From Alkalilimnicola ehrlichii MLHE-1 (GTDB lineage: Bacteria; Pseudomonadota; Gammaproteobacteria; Nitrococcales; Halorhodospiraceae), in contig NC_008340.1 of assembly GCF_000014785.1 (NCBI RefSeq), positions 2,610,001 to 2,642,000 of the forward strand: DNA of 32,000 bases, given 5' to 3'. Numbering within the stretch: position 1 is the first letter of the stretch; every line of letters begins with the position of its first letter. The notes beneath the pieces were generated by a model, which worked only from the letters and a program-made list of their open reading frames with translations, was not told the DNA's origin and did not search any database. Both the position numbers and the translations under genes were made by a program. Positions 15,792 to 24,805 of this stretch are shown here, in pieces.

Positions 15792-16354
15792 ATGAGTTCC
15801 AGTGTTCGATTGCTTGTGGTCTGCGAGGGACAGACAAGGGCGGAGGAAACGTCAACATCGAGCGACTGGCTATCCACCTGGCCAACGAATACCCCAACCA
15901 TGACTTTGTCACCACGTTGGTCGACCTCTACGGGTTCAGTGACCGGGAAGGACGAAGTCGGACAGAGCTTGAAGAGGCCATCCGCGAAGCCGTCCTAAGC
16001 CGTCGTCGAGACATTCAGACGGATAGAGTCATCCCGTATGTGCAGCAGTATGAATTCGAAGCGCTGCTGTTCAGCGATATTCAGGGTTTTCAATGGGTGG
16101 TTGATGGCTGGTCCACTGGGGCAGAGCGCCAACTTCAGAGCATCGTCGATAATTACTCGGACCCCGAGCAAATCAACGACAACCCGACCACCGCGCCCTC
16201 GAAACGCCTGGAAGCCATCTTCCGCGGTTACTATCGGAAGACCGAACATGGCCCGATCATTGCCGAAGAAATCGGGTTGGCAGTGATCCGCAGTCAGTGC
16301 CCAGGCTTCGACGGTTGGATAACCAAACTGGAAGGCCTTAATCGACCGCGTTAA
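15792..16354 (+). CDS. DUF4276-family (TOPRIM-like) protein interrupted by an apparent single-base frameshift near 15849-15851
   Basis: The N-terminal hallmark MSSSVRLLVVCEGQTRAEET is in frame 3 (15792-15851). The rest, VNIERLAIHLANEYPNHDFVTTLVDLYGF...EFEALLFSD...PSKRLE, is in frame 2 to TAA 16354. The only frame-2 ATG (15764) overlaps the ATPase gene and lacks the VxCEGxTE block. Confidence 0.7.
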
Positions 16355-16400
16355 GCCGTGCCACCGCATGTCATCCTTGCGGTAGCGTGCTCGAAAGCCG
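16355..16400 (+). repeat. Right copy of the 46-bp direct repeat, starting immediately after the DUF4276 stop
   Basis: GCCGTGCCACCGCATGTCATCCTTGCGGTAGCGTGCTCGAAAGCCG. Confidence 0.9.
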
Positions 16401-16433
16401 ACCCCACACGTCACCGGGGGCCCCACACCCTCA

Positions 16434-16628
16434 CCCCGTCAATGCGAGCCCCGAACCCTTCACCCTCGTCACTGCGAGCCCCCGAAGGGGGCGCGGCAGT
16501 CCACCGCCCTGGATCGCCACGGGCCTTCGGCCCTCGCGATGACGGGGGAAAGCCTTCGGCCCTCACGATGACGGGGTGATGCCTCCCCACCGGCCCTGCG
16601 AACCGCCAAAAGGGGCGCGGCAGTCCAC
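16434..16628 (-). repeat. Hairpin-repeat array A8, inverted and degenerate (about 1 full unit plus arm units), abutting the glycan locus
   Basis: CCCTCGTCACTGCGAGCCCCCGAAGGGGGCGCGGCAGTCCACCGCCCTGGATCGCCACGGGCCTTCGGCCCTCGCGATGACGGGGG plus GAAAGCCTTCGGCCCTCACGATGACGGGG. It ends 5 nt before ATG 16633. Confidence 0.8.
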
Positions 16629-16632
16629 AACC

Positions 16633-16956
16633 ATGACCCGCGAAGAAATCCAATTCCGCATCCTGCGCCTACTCCAGGACAACCCCCAGCTCAGCCAGCG
16701 CGACCTGGCCGCCGAGCTGGGCGTCTCGGTGGGCAGCACCCACTACTGCCTGCGCGCGCTGGTGGACAAAGGCTGGGTCAAGGCCAACAACTTCGCCAAG
16801 AGCACCCGCAAGACACGCTACCTGTACCAGCTCACCCCCAGCGGCATCGCCGAGAAGGCAGCGCTGACACGCCGCTTCCTAAAGCGAAAGCGCGAGGAAT
16901 ACCAGGCCATCCGGGCCGAGATCGCTGAGCTGGAAAAGGACCTGAAAGACCAGTAA
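16633..16956 (+). CDS. MarR-family EPS-associated transcriptional regulator (107 aa)
   Basis: MTREEIQFRILRLLQDNPQLSQRDLAAELGVSVGSTHYCLRALVDKGWVK...YLYQLTPSG is a winged-helix pattern typical of the EPS-locus MarR subfamily. The upstream part of the ORF (from 16576) lies in repeat sequence. Confidence 0.8.
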   Translation: MTREEIQFRILRLLQDNPQLSQRDLAAELGVSVGSTHYCLRALVDKGWVKANNFAKSTRKTRYLYQLTPSGIAEKAALTRRFLKRKREEYQAIRAEIAELEKDLKDQ

Positions 16957-17019
16957 CGCCGCCGACGCAGCAAGAGCCGCCACCGTCCAACCGCGCGGCA
17001 CACAGTGCAAAGAGGAGAA

Positions 17020-18123
17020 ATGGTGTCCTTCACGTCCATTAATTGGCCCAACCGCATCCTGGTCACCGGCGGGGCCGGCTTCATCGGCTCGGCGCTGGTC
17101 CGCCAGCTCATTGCCGAGACCGACAGCACCGTCATCAACGTCGATGCCCTCACCTACGCCGGCAACCCCGAATCCCTGGCAGAGGCCCGCCACCATCCGC
17201 GCCATGTCTTCGAGCAGGAGGACATTCGCAACCGCCCCGCGTTGGACCGCCTCTTCCGCGAACACCGCCCCGACGCCGTCATGCACCTGGCCGCGGAATC
17301 CCACGTGGACCGCTCCATCGAGGGCCCCGCCGCCTTCATCGAGACCAACGTCACCGGCACCCAGAACCTGCTGGAAGCGGCCCGGGAATACTGGCAGGCA
17401 CTGGAGCCGGCGGCCCGGGAGCGCTTCCGCTTCCACCACATCTCCACGGACGAGGTCTACGGCGACCTGGGCCCCAACGACCCGGCCTTCACCGAAGAGA
17501 CCCCCTACGCCCCCAGCTCGCCCTACTCGGCCAGCAAGGCCGGCAGTGACCACTTGGTCCGCGCCTGGCACCACACCTACGGCCTGCCCGTACTGCTCAC
17601 CAACTGCTCCAACAACTACGGCCCCTACCAGTTCCCGGAAAAGCTCATCCCCCTGATGATCCTCAATGCCCTCGAAGGCAAGCCCCTGCCGGTGTACGGC
17701 CAGGGCGACAACGTCCGCGACTGGCTGCACGTGGAGGATCACGCCCAGGCACTGCGCCGGGTGCTCGAAGCCGGCCGGCCCGGGCGCACCTACAACATCG
17801 GGGGCCGGGCGGAGCGCACCAACCTGGAAGTCGTCCACGCCATCTGCGCGCATCTGGACGAACTGCGCCCCCGTCCATCCGGCCGGCACGAGGCGTTAAT
17901 CCAATTCGTAACAGACCGCCCCGGCCATGATCGGCGCTACGCCATCGACGACAGCCGGATCAGCCAGGAACTCGACTGGCAGCCGCAGGAGAGCTTCGAA
18001 TCGGGCCTGCGCCGAACCGTCGAGTGGTACCTGGAGAACACCGAGTGGGTGCAGCGGGTGCAAAGCGGCGCCTACCGGGAATGGCTGGAGACCAACTACG
18101 GCCATCGCGGGGTGGCCGAATGA
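17020..18123 (+). CDS. rfbB: dTDP-glucose 4,6-dehydratase
   Basis: [23 protein letters not shown] Rossmann motif, [19 protein letters not shown] and [15 protein letters not shown] (YxxxK). Confidence 0.92.
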   Translation: MVSFTSINWPNRILVTGGAGFIGSALVRQLIAETDSTVINVDALTYAGNPESLAEARHHPRHVFEQEDIRNRPALDRLFREHRPDAVMHLAAESHVDRSIEGPAAFIETNVTGTQNLLEAAREYWQALEPAARERFRFHHISTDEVYGDLGPNDPAFTEETPYAPSSPYSASKAGSDHLVRAWHHTYGLPVLLTNCSNNYGPYQFPEKLIPLMILNALEGKPLPVYGQGDNVRDWLHVEDHAQALRRVLEAGRPGRTYNIGGRAERTNLEVVHAICAHLDELRPRPSGRHEALIQFVTDRPGHDRRYAIDDSRISQELDWQPQESFESGLRRTVEWYLENTEWVQRVQSGAYREWLETNYGHRGVAE

Positions 18124-19040
18124 GGACACTGCTCTTCGGCCCCAATGGACAGGTGGGCTGGGAACTGCGCCGTTCGCTGGCGCCCCTGGGGGAGCTGATC
18201 CCCCTCGGCCGTCACGAATGGCAGGGCCTGCGGGGCGATCTCACCGACAAGGATGCCATCGCCCACGCCATCCGCTCACTGCGCCCGGATCTCATCGTGA
18301 ACGCGGCGGCCTACACCGCCGTGGACCAGGCCGAGTCCGAACCCGAACAAGCGCGGCTGATCAACGCCACCGCACCCGGCGTCATGGCCGAGCTCGCCCG
18401 CGAGCAGCAAGCCCTGTTCATCCACTACTCCACGGACTACGTCTTCGACGGCAGCGGCGACCGCCCGTGGCACGAGGACGACCCAACGGCCCCCTTAAAT
18501 GTCTATGGCCAGACCAAGCGGGAAGGCGAGGAGGCCGTTCGCGCCGCGGACGGCCACCACCTCATCTTCCGCACCGCCTGGGTCTATGCCGCCCGGGGCC
18601 ACAACTTCATCCGCACCATGATCCGCCTGGCTTGCCAACGCGACACCCTGCAAGTCATCAACGACCAGCACGGCGCACCCACCGGGGCGGAACTCATCGC
18701 CGACGTCACGGCGCACGCCGCACGCACCGCATCAACCCGCCCCGACCTGCGCGGCACCTACCACCTGACCGCCGCCGGCGAGACCACCTGGCACGGGTAC
18801 GCCCGCTTCGTCATCGAACAGGCCCGCGCGGGCGGCGCACCCGTACGCGTCGCCCCGGAGGCCATCGAAGCCGTCGCTACCGACGCCTTCCCCACGGTCG
18901 CCCGCCGCCCGCACAACTCACGGCTGGACGGTCACAAGCTGGAAACCACCTTCGGCCTAAAGCGCCCCGACTGGCGCAGCGGCGTCGCCCGGGCGCTACA
19001 GGAAATGGACATCTCGCACACCCAGGGGAGGCCCGACTGA
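18120..19040 (+). CDS. rfbD: dTDP-4-dehydrorhamnose reductase
   Basis: ATGA overlap with rfb[38 protein letters not shown] and YGQTKREGE are typical RmlD motifs. Confidence 0.9.
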   Translation: MRTLLFGPNGQVGWELRRSLAPLGELIPLGRHEWQGLRGDLTDKDAIAHAIRSLRPDLIVNAAAYTAVDQAESEPEQARLINATAPGVMAELAREQQALFIHYSTDYVFDGSGDRPWHEDDPTAPLNVYGQTKREGEEAVRAADGHHLIFRTAWVYAARGHNFIRTMIRLACQRDTLQVINDQHGAPTGAELIADVTAHAARTASTRPDLRGTYHLTAAGETTWHGYARFVIEQARAGGAPVRVAPEAIEAVATDAFPTVARRPHNSRLDGHKLETTFGLKRPDWRSGVARALQEMDISHTQGRPD

Positions 19041-19921
19041 TGAACCGCAAGGGCATCATCCTGGCCGGGGGCAGCGGCACGCGACTGCATCCGGCCACGC
19101 TTGCCATCAGCAAGCAACTACTGCCAGTCTACGACAAGCCGATGATCTACTACCCGCTCAGCACCCTGATGCTGGCGGGTATTCGCGATATCCTCATCAT
19201 CTCCACCCCGCAGGACACCCCGCGCTTCGAGCAACTGCTGGGCGATGGCGAGCAGTGGGGGCTTAACCTGAACTACGCCGTGCAACCCTCGCCGGACGGT
19301 CTGGCCCAGGCGTTCATCATCGGCGAGGCGTTCATCGGCGACGACCCCTGCGCCCTGGTCCTGGGCGACAACATCTTCTACGGCCACCATTTCGACGAGC
19401 TGCTCGGCAACGCCATGGAACGCGAGGACGGCGCAACGGTCTTCGCCTACCACGTCCACGACCCGGAACGCTACGGCGTGGCCGAGTTCGACCGCGACGG
19501 CAAGGTGCTCTCCCTGGAGGAAAAGCCCGAGCGACCGAAATCCAGCTACGCCGTCACCGGCCTGTACTTCTACGACAACGACGTGGTCGACATGGCGAAG
19601 GATCTAAAGCCCTCCGCCCGCGGCGAGCTGGAGATCACCGACCTCAACATCGCCTACATGAACGCCGGCAAGCTCGACGTGGCGATCATGGGCCGCGGCT
19701 ACGCCTGGCTGGACACTGGCACGCACGACTCCCTGCTGGACGCCAGCCAGTTTATCGCCACCCTCGAACACCGCCAGGGCCTTAAGGTCGCCTGCCCGGA
19801 AGAGATTGCCTACCGCCGCGGCTGGATCACCGCCGAGACCCTTGAGGGCCTGGCCCAACCGCTGCTCAAAAACGGCTACGGCCAATACCTCCGGCGCGTG
19901 CTGCAAGACACCGTATTCTGA
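19040..19921 (+). CDS. rfbA: Glucose-1-phosphate thymidylyltransferase
   Basis: [54 protein letters not shown] is nearly canonical RmlA. The start overlaps the rfbD stop by 1 nt. Confidence 0.95.
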   Translation: MNRKGIILAGGSGTRLHPATLAISKQLLPVYDKPMIYYPLSTLMLAGIRDILIISTPQDTPRFEQLLGDGEQWGLNLNYAVQPSPDGLAQAFIIGEAFIGDDPCALVLGDNIFYGHHFDELLGNAMEREDGATVFAYHVHDPERYGVAEFDRDGKVLSLEEKPERPKSSYAVTGLYFYDNDVVDMAKDLKPSARGELEITDLNIAYMNAGKLDVAIMGRGYAWLDTGTHDSLLDASQFIATLEHRQGLKVACPEEIAYRRGWITAETLEGLAQPLLKNGYGQYLRRVLQDTVF

Positions 19922-19942
19922 TCCGACCACGGCAAGGACATC

Positions 19943-20491
19943 ATGCAATTCATTCCCACCGCCATCCCCGACGTTATCCTCGTCAAACCCGACGTGTTCG
20001 GCGACGAGCGCGGCTTCTTCATGGAAACCTGGCAGCGGCGCAAGTTCGCCGAGGGTGGCATCGACCACGACTTCGTGCAGGACAACCACAGCCGCTCCGT
20101 AAAGGGCACCCTGCGCGGCCTGCACTACCAGATCCGCCAGCCGCAGGGGAAGCTCGTGCGCGTGACCGCCGGCTCGGTCTTCGACGTGGCAGTGGACCTG
20201 CGCCGGGGCTCCCCCACCTTCGGTCAGTGGGCGGGTGAACACCTCTCGGCAGACAACCACCACATGCTCTGGGTGCCGCCGGGTTTCGCCCACGGCTTCT
20301 ACGTCACCTCCGAGACGGCGGATTTTCAGTACAAGTGCAGCGACTACTATGCGCCCGAGCACGAGCACTGCATCCGCTGGGACGACCCGGAGCTCGGGAT
20401 AGACTGGCCGCTTTCGGATAACGGCGCGCCGCTGGTCTCCGAAAAGGACCGCCAGGGCCTGGCCTTCGCGCAGGCGGAGTACTTCGATTGA
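19943..20491 (+). CDS. rfbC: dTDP-4-dehydrorhamnose 3,5-epimerase
   Basis: FGDERGFFMETW, RGLHYQ, KLVRVTAGSVFDVAVDLR and WVPPGFAHGF are RmlC signatures. Confidence 0.95.
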   Translation: MQFIPTAIPDVILVKPDVFGDERGFFMETWQRRKFAEGGIDHDFVQDNHSRSVKGTLRGLHYQIRQPQGKLVRVTAGSVFDVAVDLRRGSPTFGQWAGEHLSADNHHMLWVPPGFAHGFYVTSETADFQYKCSDYYAPEHEHCIRWDDPELGIDWPLSDNGAPLVSEKDRQGLAFAQAEYFD

Positions 20492-20814
20492 TCAGCTCCC
20501 CCGCACCGGCTGCTGTCGTCCGCCGGCGGCGACGGCCTAAAGGCGCGACTACAAGACAGGAACAGGCGCCGTAGGAGCGACTTCAGCCGCGAAACGGATG
20601 TGATGCCGCGGTGTGGCTGATCTGTTCGCGTGCGAAGATGCCCCCGACCACGCCTGGAAACACACCAATGACCTATATCATTGGATCCTTATCCCGATGA
20701 CATCGCTCTGGTACCCTTGCGCTTTCCCCAAGGGCTGACGCCCTCGTGGCACCGCTCGACATTGTCGGGTCGACGACGCGCGCTGTCATGACGGTAGAAG
20801 AGGCCGCCACCCCC

Positions 20815-22623
20815 ATGCTGCGACAACTCAAGGAACTCTATCGGCTGCTCACGCCCGAGCAGCGCGGCAAGCTCCTGCGCCTGCAGATCCTGGTGGTGCT
20901 CATGTCCATCGCCGAGATCGCCGGGGTGATCTCCATCGGCCCGTTCATGGCGCTGGTCGGCGACATGCAGCAGCTCCAGGGCGACGGCCTGCTCGCCGAT
21001 TTGTACCGCGCCAGCGGCCTGGACGACCCGCGCGACTTCCTCTTCTGGCTGGGCGTGGGCGTGCTGTTCATGCTCACCGTGGCGGCCGTGATCTCCATGA
21101 TCACCGTCTGGCGCCTGTCCCTCTACGGCGCCCAGGTCGGCGCCGAACTGGGCAGCCGCCTGTTTCGCCACTACATGCACCAGGACTGGCTCTTCCATTC
21201 CAGCGGCAGCAGCAGTCAACTGACCAACCAGATCGCCCAGGAAGCCCAGCGCATCACCGCCGCCATCATCAACCCCCTGATGCAGATCAACGCCAAGCTG
21301 GTGATGGCCTCGCTCATGGCCCTGGCGATCTTCCTCTACAACCCGGGCGTCGCCCTGGTGGGGCTTGCCGTCTTCGGGCTGGGCTACCTGCTGCTCTACC
21401 GCACCGTGCGCCGGCGGTTGACCGCCAACGGCGCGGCGATCACCCAGGCCCAGCGCCAGCGCTTCAAGCTGATGGGCGAAGGCTTCGGCGGCATCAAGGA
21501 CGTGCTGCTGCTCGGCCGGCAGGACACCATCACCCGGCGCTTCGAGAACGCGGCCAACCGCTTCGCCCGCGCCCAGGGCACCACCATGGCGCTCTCCCAG
21601 GTGCCGCGCTACGCCATGGAACTGATCGCCTTCGGCGCCGTGATCTTTCTCGTCCTCTACCTGCTCGCCAGCCACGAGGGCAACCTCGGTACCATCCTGC
21701 CGGTGCTTTCCGTCTACGCCCTGGCCGGCTTCAAGATGCTGCCCGCCTTCCAGCAGGTCTACCAGGGCGTCTCCCAGATCCGCGGCAACCTCGCCGCCTT
21801 CGAGGCGGTGCGCGACGACCTGCGCGCCAGTACCATGGAAGGCGCACGCGCCAGCCGGAACGGGGAGGAAGACCCGGACGCGCACTGGTCCCCGAAACAA
21901 TCCATCGAACTGCGCGACATCACCTTCCGCTACCCCGGCAAGCAGGAACCGGCCCTGAATGGCCTGAGCATGGAGATTCCCGCCAACGGCGTGGTCGGCC
22001 TAGTGGGCGCCTCCGGCTCCGGCAAGTCCACCGCCATCGACCTGCTGCTGGGCCTGATCCTGCCGGAGACCGGCGAGGTGCGCATCGACGGCGAACCGCT
22101 TACCGCGGAGAACCGCCGCGCCTGGCAGAACAGCGTCGGCTTCGTGCCGCAGAGCATTTTCCTGGCCGACAGCTCCATCCGCGAGAACATCGCCTTCGGC
22201 CTGCCGCCGGAAGCCATCGACAACGACAAGGTCCGCCGCGCCGCGACCATGGCCCACCTGGACGAACTGCTGGCCGAACTGCCCGACGGGCTGGACACCC
22301 GTGTGGGCGAGCGCGGCGTGCAGCTCTCCGGCGGCCAGCGCCAGCGCATCGGCATCGCCCGCGCGCTGTACCACGACGCCGACGTGCTGGTTCTCGACGA
22401 GGCCACCAGCGCCCTCGACGGTATCACCGAGAAACTGGTGATGGACGCCATCCACGACTTCGCCGGCAGGAAGACCATCATCATGATCGCCCACCGCCTG
22501 GCGACCGTGAAGCAGTGCGACACCATCTACCTGATGGCCGACGGCCGGGTGACCGACCGCGGCTCGTTCGATGAACTGGCGGAAAGAAATATCACCTTCA
22601 AGCGCATGGCAGAACATGCCTGA
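20815..22623 (+). CDS. Fused ABC exporter (6-TM permease + ATPase), MsbA/PglK-like, candidate glycan/lipid-linked oligosaccharide exporter
   Basis: A hydrophobic N-terminal half, then Walker A GASGSGKST, signature LSGGQRQR and Walker B LVLDEATSALD. The start is uncertain (ATG 20815 preferred; 20788 or GTG 20746 possible). Confidence 0.85.
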   Translation: MLRQLKELYRLLTPEQRGKLLRLQILVVLMSIAEIAGVISIGPFMALVGDMQQLQGDGLLADLYRASGLDDPRDFLFWLGVGVLFMLTVAAVISMITVWRLSLYGAQVGAELGSRLFRHYMHQDWLFHSSGSSSQLTNQIAQEAQRITAAIINPLMQINAKLVMASLMALAIFLYNPGVALVGLAVFGLGYLLLYRTVRRRLTANGAAITQAQRQRFKLMGEGFGGIKDVLLLGRQDTITRRFENAANRFARAQGTTMALSQVPRYAMELIAFGAVIFLVLYLLASHEGNLGTILPVLSVYALAGFKMLPAFQQVYQGVSQIRGNLAAFEAVRDDLRASTMEGARASRNGEEDPDAHWSPKQSIELRDITFRYPGKQEPALNGLSMEIPANGVVGLVGASGSGKSTAIDLLLGLILPETGEVRIDGEPLTAENRRAWQNSVGFVPQSIFLADSSIRENIAFGLPPEAIDNDKVRRAATMAHLDELLAELPDGLDTRVGERGVQLSGGQRQRIGIARALYHDADVLVLDEATSALDGITEKLVMDAIHDFAGRKTIIMIAHRLATVKQCDTIYLMADGRVTDRGSFDELAERNITFKRMAEHA

Positions 22624-22646
22624 CTGACACAAACAGGGAAAGCCCG

Positions 22647-23645
22647 ATGTTCAACGACTCATCCGTTCTCGTCACCGGCGGGACAGGCTCCTTCGGCCAC
22701 ACCTTCATCCCCATGCTCCTGGAGCGTTACAACCCCAGGCGCGTGATCATTTTCTCTCGGGACGAGATGAAGCAGTGGGAGATGGCCAAGAAGTTCGAGG
22801 GCGATCCGCGCGTGCGGTTCTTCATCGGCGACGTGCGCGACCGCGAACGTGTCTACCGCGCCTTTGACGGCGTGGATTACGTCGTGCATGCCGCCGCCTC
22901 GAAGATCGTGCCCACGGCCGAGTACAACCCGTTCGAATGCATCAAGACGAACGTCACGGGTGCGATGAACGTCATCGACGCCGCCATCGACAAGGGCGTC
23001 AAGAAGGTCGTCGCGCTCTCCACCGATAAGGCCAGCAGCCCGATCAACCTCTACGGCGCCACCAAGCTCACCTCCGACAAGCTCTTCGTCGCGGGCAACC
23101 ACTACGCCGGTCACTCGGAGACGCGCTTCTCCGTGGTCCGTTACGGCAATGTCATGGGGTCCCGCGGTTCGGTGATCCCGTTCTTCATGTCCATCCGCGA
23201 CCGGGGCGTGCTACCGATCACCGACGATCGCATGACCCGCTTCATGATCTCGCTAGAGCAGGGCGCGGAATTGGTCTGGCATGCCTTCGATGACATGGAA
23301 GGCGGCGAGATCTACGTCAAGAAGATCCCCTCCATGAAGGTCACCGACCTCGCCCGCGTGATCGCCCCCGCGGCCAGGCAGGAAATCGTCGGCATCCGGC
23401 CGGGCGAGAAGCTCCACGAGCAGATGATCGGCGGGGAGGATGCCTACTACACCTACGAATACCCCGAACACTTCAAGATTCTGCCGGCCATCAACGGCTG
23501 GGACCGTGACGCCAATCGCATTAAGGACGGCAAGCGCGTGCCGGAAGGCTTCGTCTATGCCAGCGACAACAACGCCGAATGGATGAGCGAGGACGAGTTG
23601 CGGGCGTGGATCGACGCCAACGAAGGTAAGATCGGGGCCATCTGA
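22647..23645 (+). CDS. pseB: UDP-N-acetylglucosamine 4,6-dehydratase (inverting)
   Basis: VLVTGGTGSFG, FFIGDVRD, YGATKLTSDKLF and VVRYGNVMGSRGSVIP are PseB/FlaA1 patterns. It is the first gene of a pseBCFGHI run. Confidence 0.9.
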   Translation: MFNDSSVLVTGGTGSFGHTFIPMLLERYNPRRVIIFSRDEMKQWEMAKKFEGDPRVRFFIGDVRDRERVYRAFDGVDYVVHAAASKIVPTAEYNPFECIKTNVTGAMNVIDAAIDKGVKKVVALSTDKASSPINLYGATKLTSDKLFVAGNHYAGHSETRFSVVRYGNVMGSRGSVIPFFMSIRDRGVLPITDDRMTRFMISLEQGAELVWHAFDDMEGGEIYVKKIPSMKVTDLARVIAPAARQEIVGIRPGEKLHEQMIGGEDAYYTYEYPEHFKILPAINGWDRDANRIKDGKRVPEGFVYASDNNAEWMSEDELRAWIDANEGKIGAI

Positions 23646-24805
23646 TGATTCCCTACGGACGCCAGGACATCACCCGGGCCGACATCGACACCGTCGTCGA
23701 GGTGCTGGAATCCGACTTCCTCACCCAGGGCCCGGTCGTGCCGCGATTCGAACAGGCCGTGGCCGACTACTGCGGCGCGGACCACGGCGTGGCGGTCAAC
23801 AGCGCCACCTCCGCACTGCACCTTGCCTGCCGGGCGCTGGGCCTGGGGCAGGGCGACTGGCTCTGGACCTCTCCGATCACCTTTGTCGCCTCCGCCAACT
23901 GCGGGCTCTACTGCGGTGCGCGGGTGGACTTCGTCGACATCGACCCGCGTAACTACAATCTCTGCCCTAGGGCGCTGGAGGCCAAGCTCGAACGGGCCGA
24001 AACGGAGAATCGTCTGCCCAAGGTCGTGGTGCCCGTGCATCTCTGCGGCCAGTCCTGCGACATGCAGGCCATCCACGAGCTCTCCCGAAGATGCGGTTTC
24101 CATGTCATCGAGGATGCCTCCCATGCCATCGGTGGGAAGTACCAGGGCGAGCCCATCGGCAACGGCCGCTATAGCGACATCACGGTCTTCAGCTTCCATC
24201 CGGTAAAGATCGTCACCACCGGCGAGGGCGGCATGGCCGTCACCAACGATGCCGGACTCGCGGAGAGAATGTCCCTGCTCCGTAGCCACGGCATCACCCG
24301 CGATCCGGCGCTGATGACCCACGAGCCGGACGGCCCTTGGTACTACCAGCAGATCGAGCTTGGCTACAACTACCGCATGACCGAGATGCAGGCCGCCCTC
24401 GGTTTGTCGCAGTTGCAGCGGCTGGATGACTACGTGGCCCGCCGCAACGAGCTGGCCGAACGCTACGACCGGGAACTGTCCGACCTGCCCGTGACCACGC
24501 CCTGGCAGCACCCGGACGCTTACTCGGCCCGGCACCTCTACGTGATTCGCTTGAGGCTCGACGAGATCCGCACCAGCCACCGCGCGGTCTTCGAGTCCCT
24601 GCGGGAGCAGGGCATCGGTGTAAATATCCACTACATCCCGGTCCACACCCAGCCCTGGTATCGGGCGATGGGGTTCGAGCCGGGTGATTACCGGGAAGCC
24701 GAGCGCTACTATGCCGAGGCGATCAGCCTGCCGATGTTCCCGACGATGACCGAGGCGCAGCAGGATCAGGTGATCGCGGCGATCCGGGGAGCGATTCGCG
24801 GATGA
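23645..24805 (+). CDS. pseC: UDP-4-amino-4,6-dideoxy-N-acetyl-beta-L-altrosamine transaminase
   Basis: MIPYGRQDIT...LESDFLTQGP, DASHAIG and SFHPVKIVTTGEGG (PLP lysine) mark the DegT/PseC family. Overlapping start/stop with its neighbours. Confidence 0.9.
   Translation: MIPYGRQDITRADIDTVVEVLESDFLTQGPVVPRFEQAVADYCGADHGVAVNSATSALHLACRALGLGQGDWLWTSPITFVASANCGLYCGARVDFVDIDPRNYNLCPRALEAKLERAETENRLPKVVVPVHLCGQSCDMQAIHELSRRCGFHVIEDASHAIGGKYQGEPIGNGRYSDITVFSFHPVKIVTTGEGGMAVTNDAGLAERMSLLRSHGITRDPALMTHEPDGPWYYQQIELGYNYRMTEMQAALGLSQLQRLDDYVARRNELAERYDRELSDLPVTTPWQHPDAYSARHLYVIRLRLDEIRTSHRAVFESLREQGIGVNIHYIPVHTQPWYRAMGFEPGDYREAERYYAEAISLPMFPTMTEAQQDQVIAAIRGAIRG

Noticed and set aside
1536-16628. Repeat arrays as CRISPR loci
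   Set aside because: The units are about 94 bp and directly abut each other, with no unique spacers of regular length. Units are long imperfect palindromes with arm-only variants. No cas genes or leader are present in the window.
1-16632. Classical integron cassette array
   Set aside because: There is no intI or attI in the window and no RYYYAAC...GTTRRRY attC core sites. The boundaries are multi-unit arrays, and several modules are multi-gene operons with their own leaders. The resemblance is only organisational (see findings).
17927-19921. 664-aa ORF (and similar 24981-26714, 577 aa; 320-1543, 407 aa; 18024-19040) taken at full length
   Set aside because: The N-terminal portions are Arg/Pro/Gly-rich out-of-frame read-through of the preceding gene. 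Real homology starts at internal ATGs that overlap the upstream stop (rfbA at 19040, pseG at 25509, ParA at 572, rfbD at 18120).
20560-20640. Single REP-like element GTAGGAGCGACTTCAGCCGCGAA between rfbC and the ABC gene
   Set aside because: It belongs to a different, widely seen gammaproteobacterial-type REP motif (GTAGGAGCGA...TCGCGAA) and is present once only. I see no link to the hairpin arrays and nothing further to support a function.
16879-24646. Large minus-strand ORFs antisense to rfbB, the ABC transporter, pseB/pseC and others (16879-17889, 20689-21900, 22000-22632, 23555-24646, 24766-25542, 25782-26534, 27144-28208)
   Set aside because: These are typical high-GC antisense open frames with low-complexity Ala/Gly/Val/Asp/His-rich composition and no recognisable motifs. 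The + strand genes have unambiguous family signatures.
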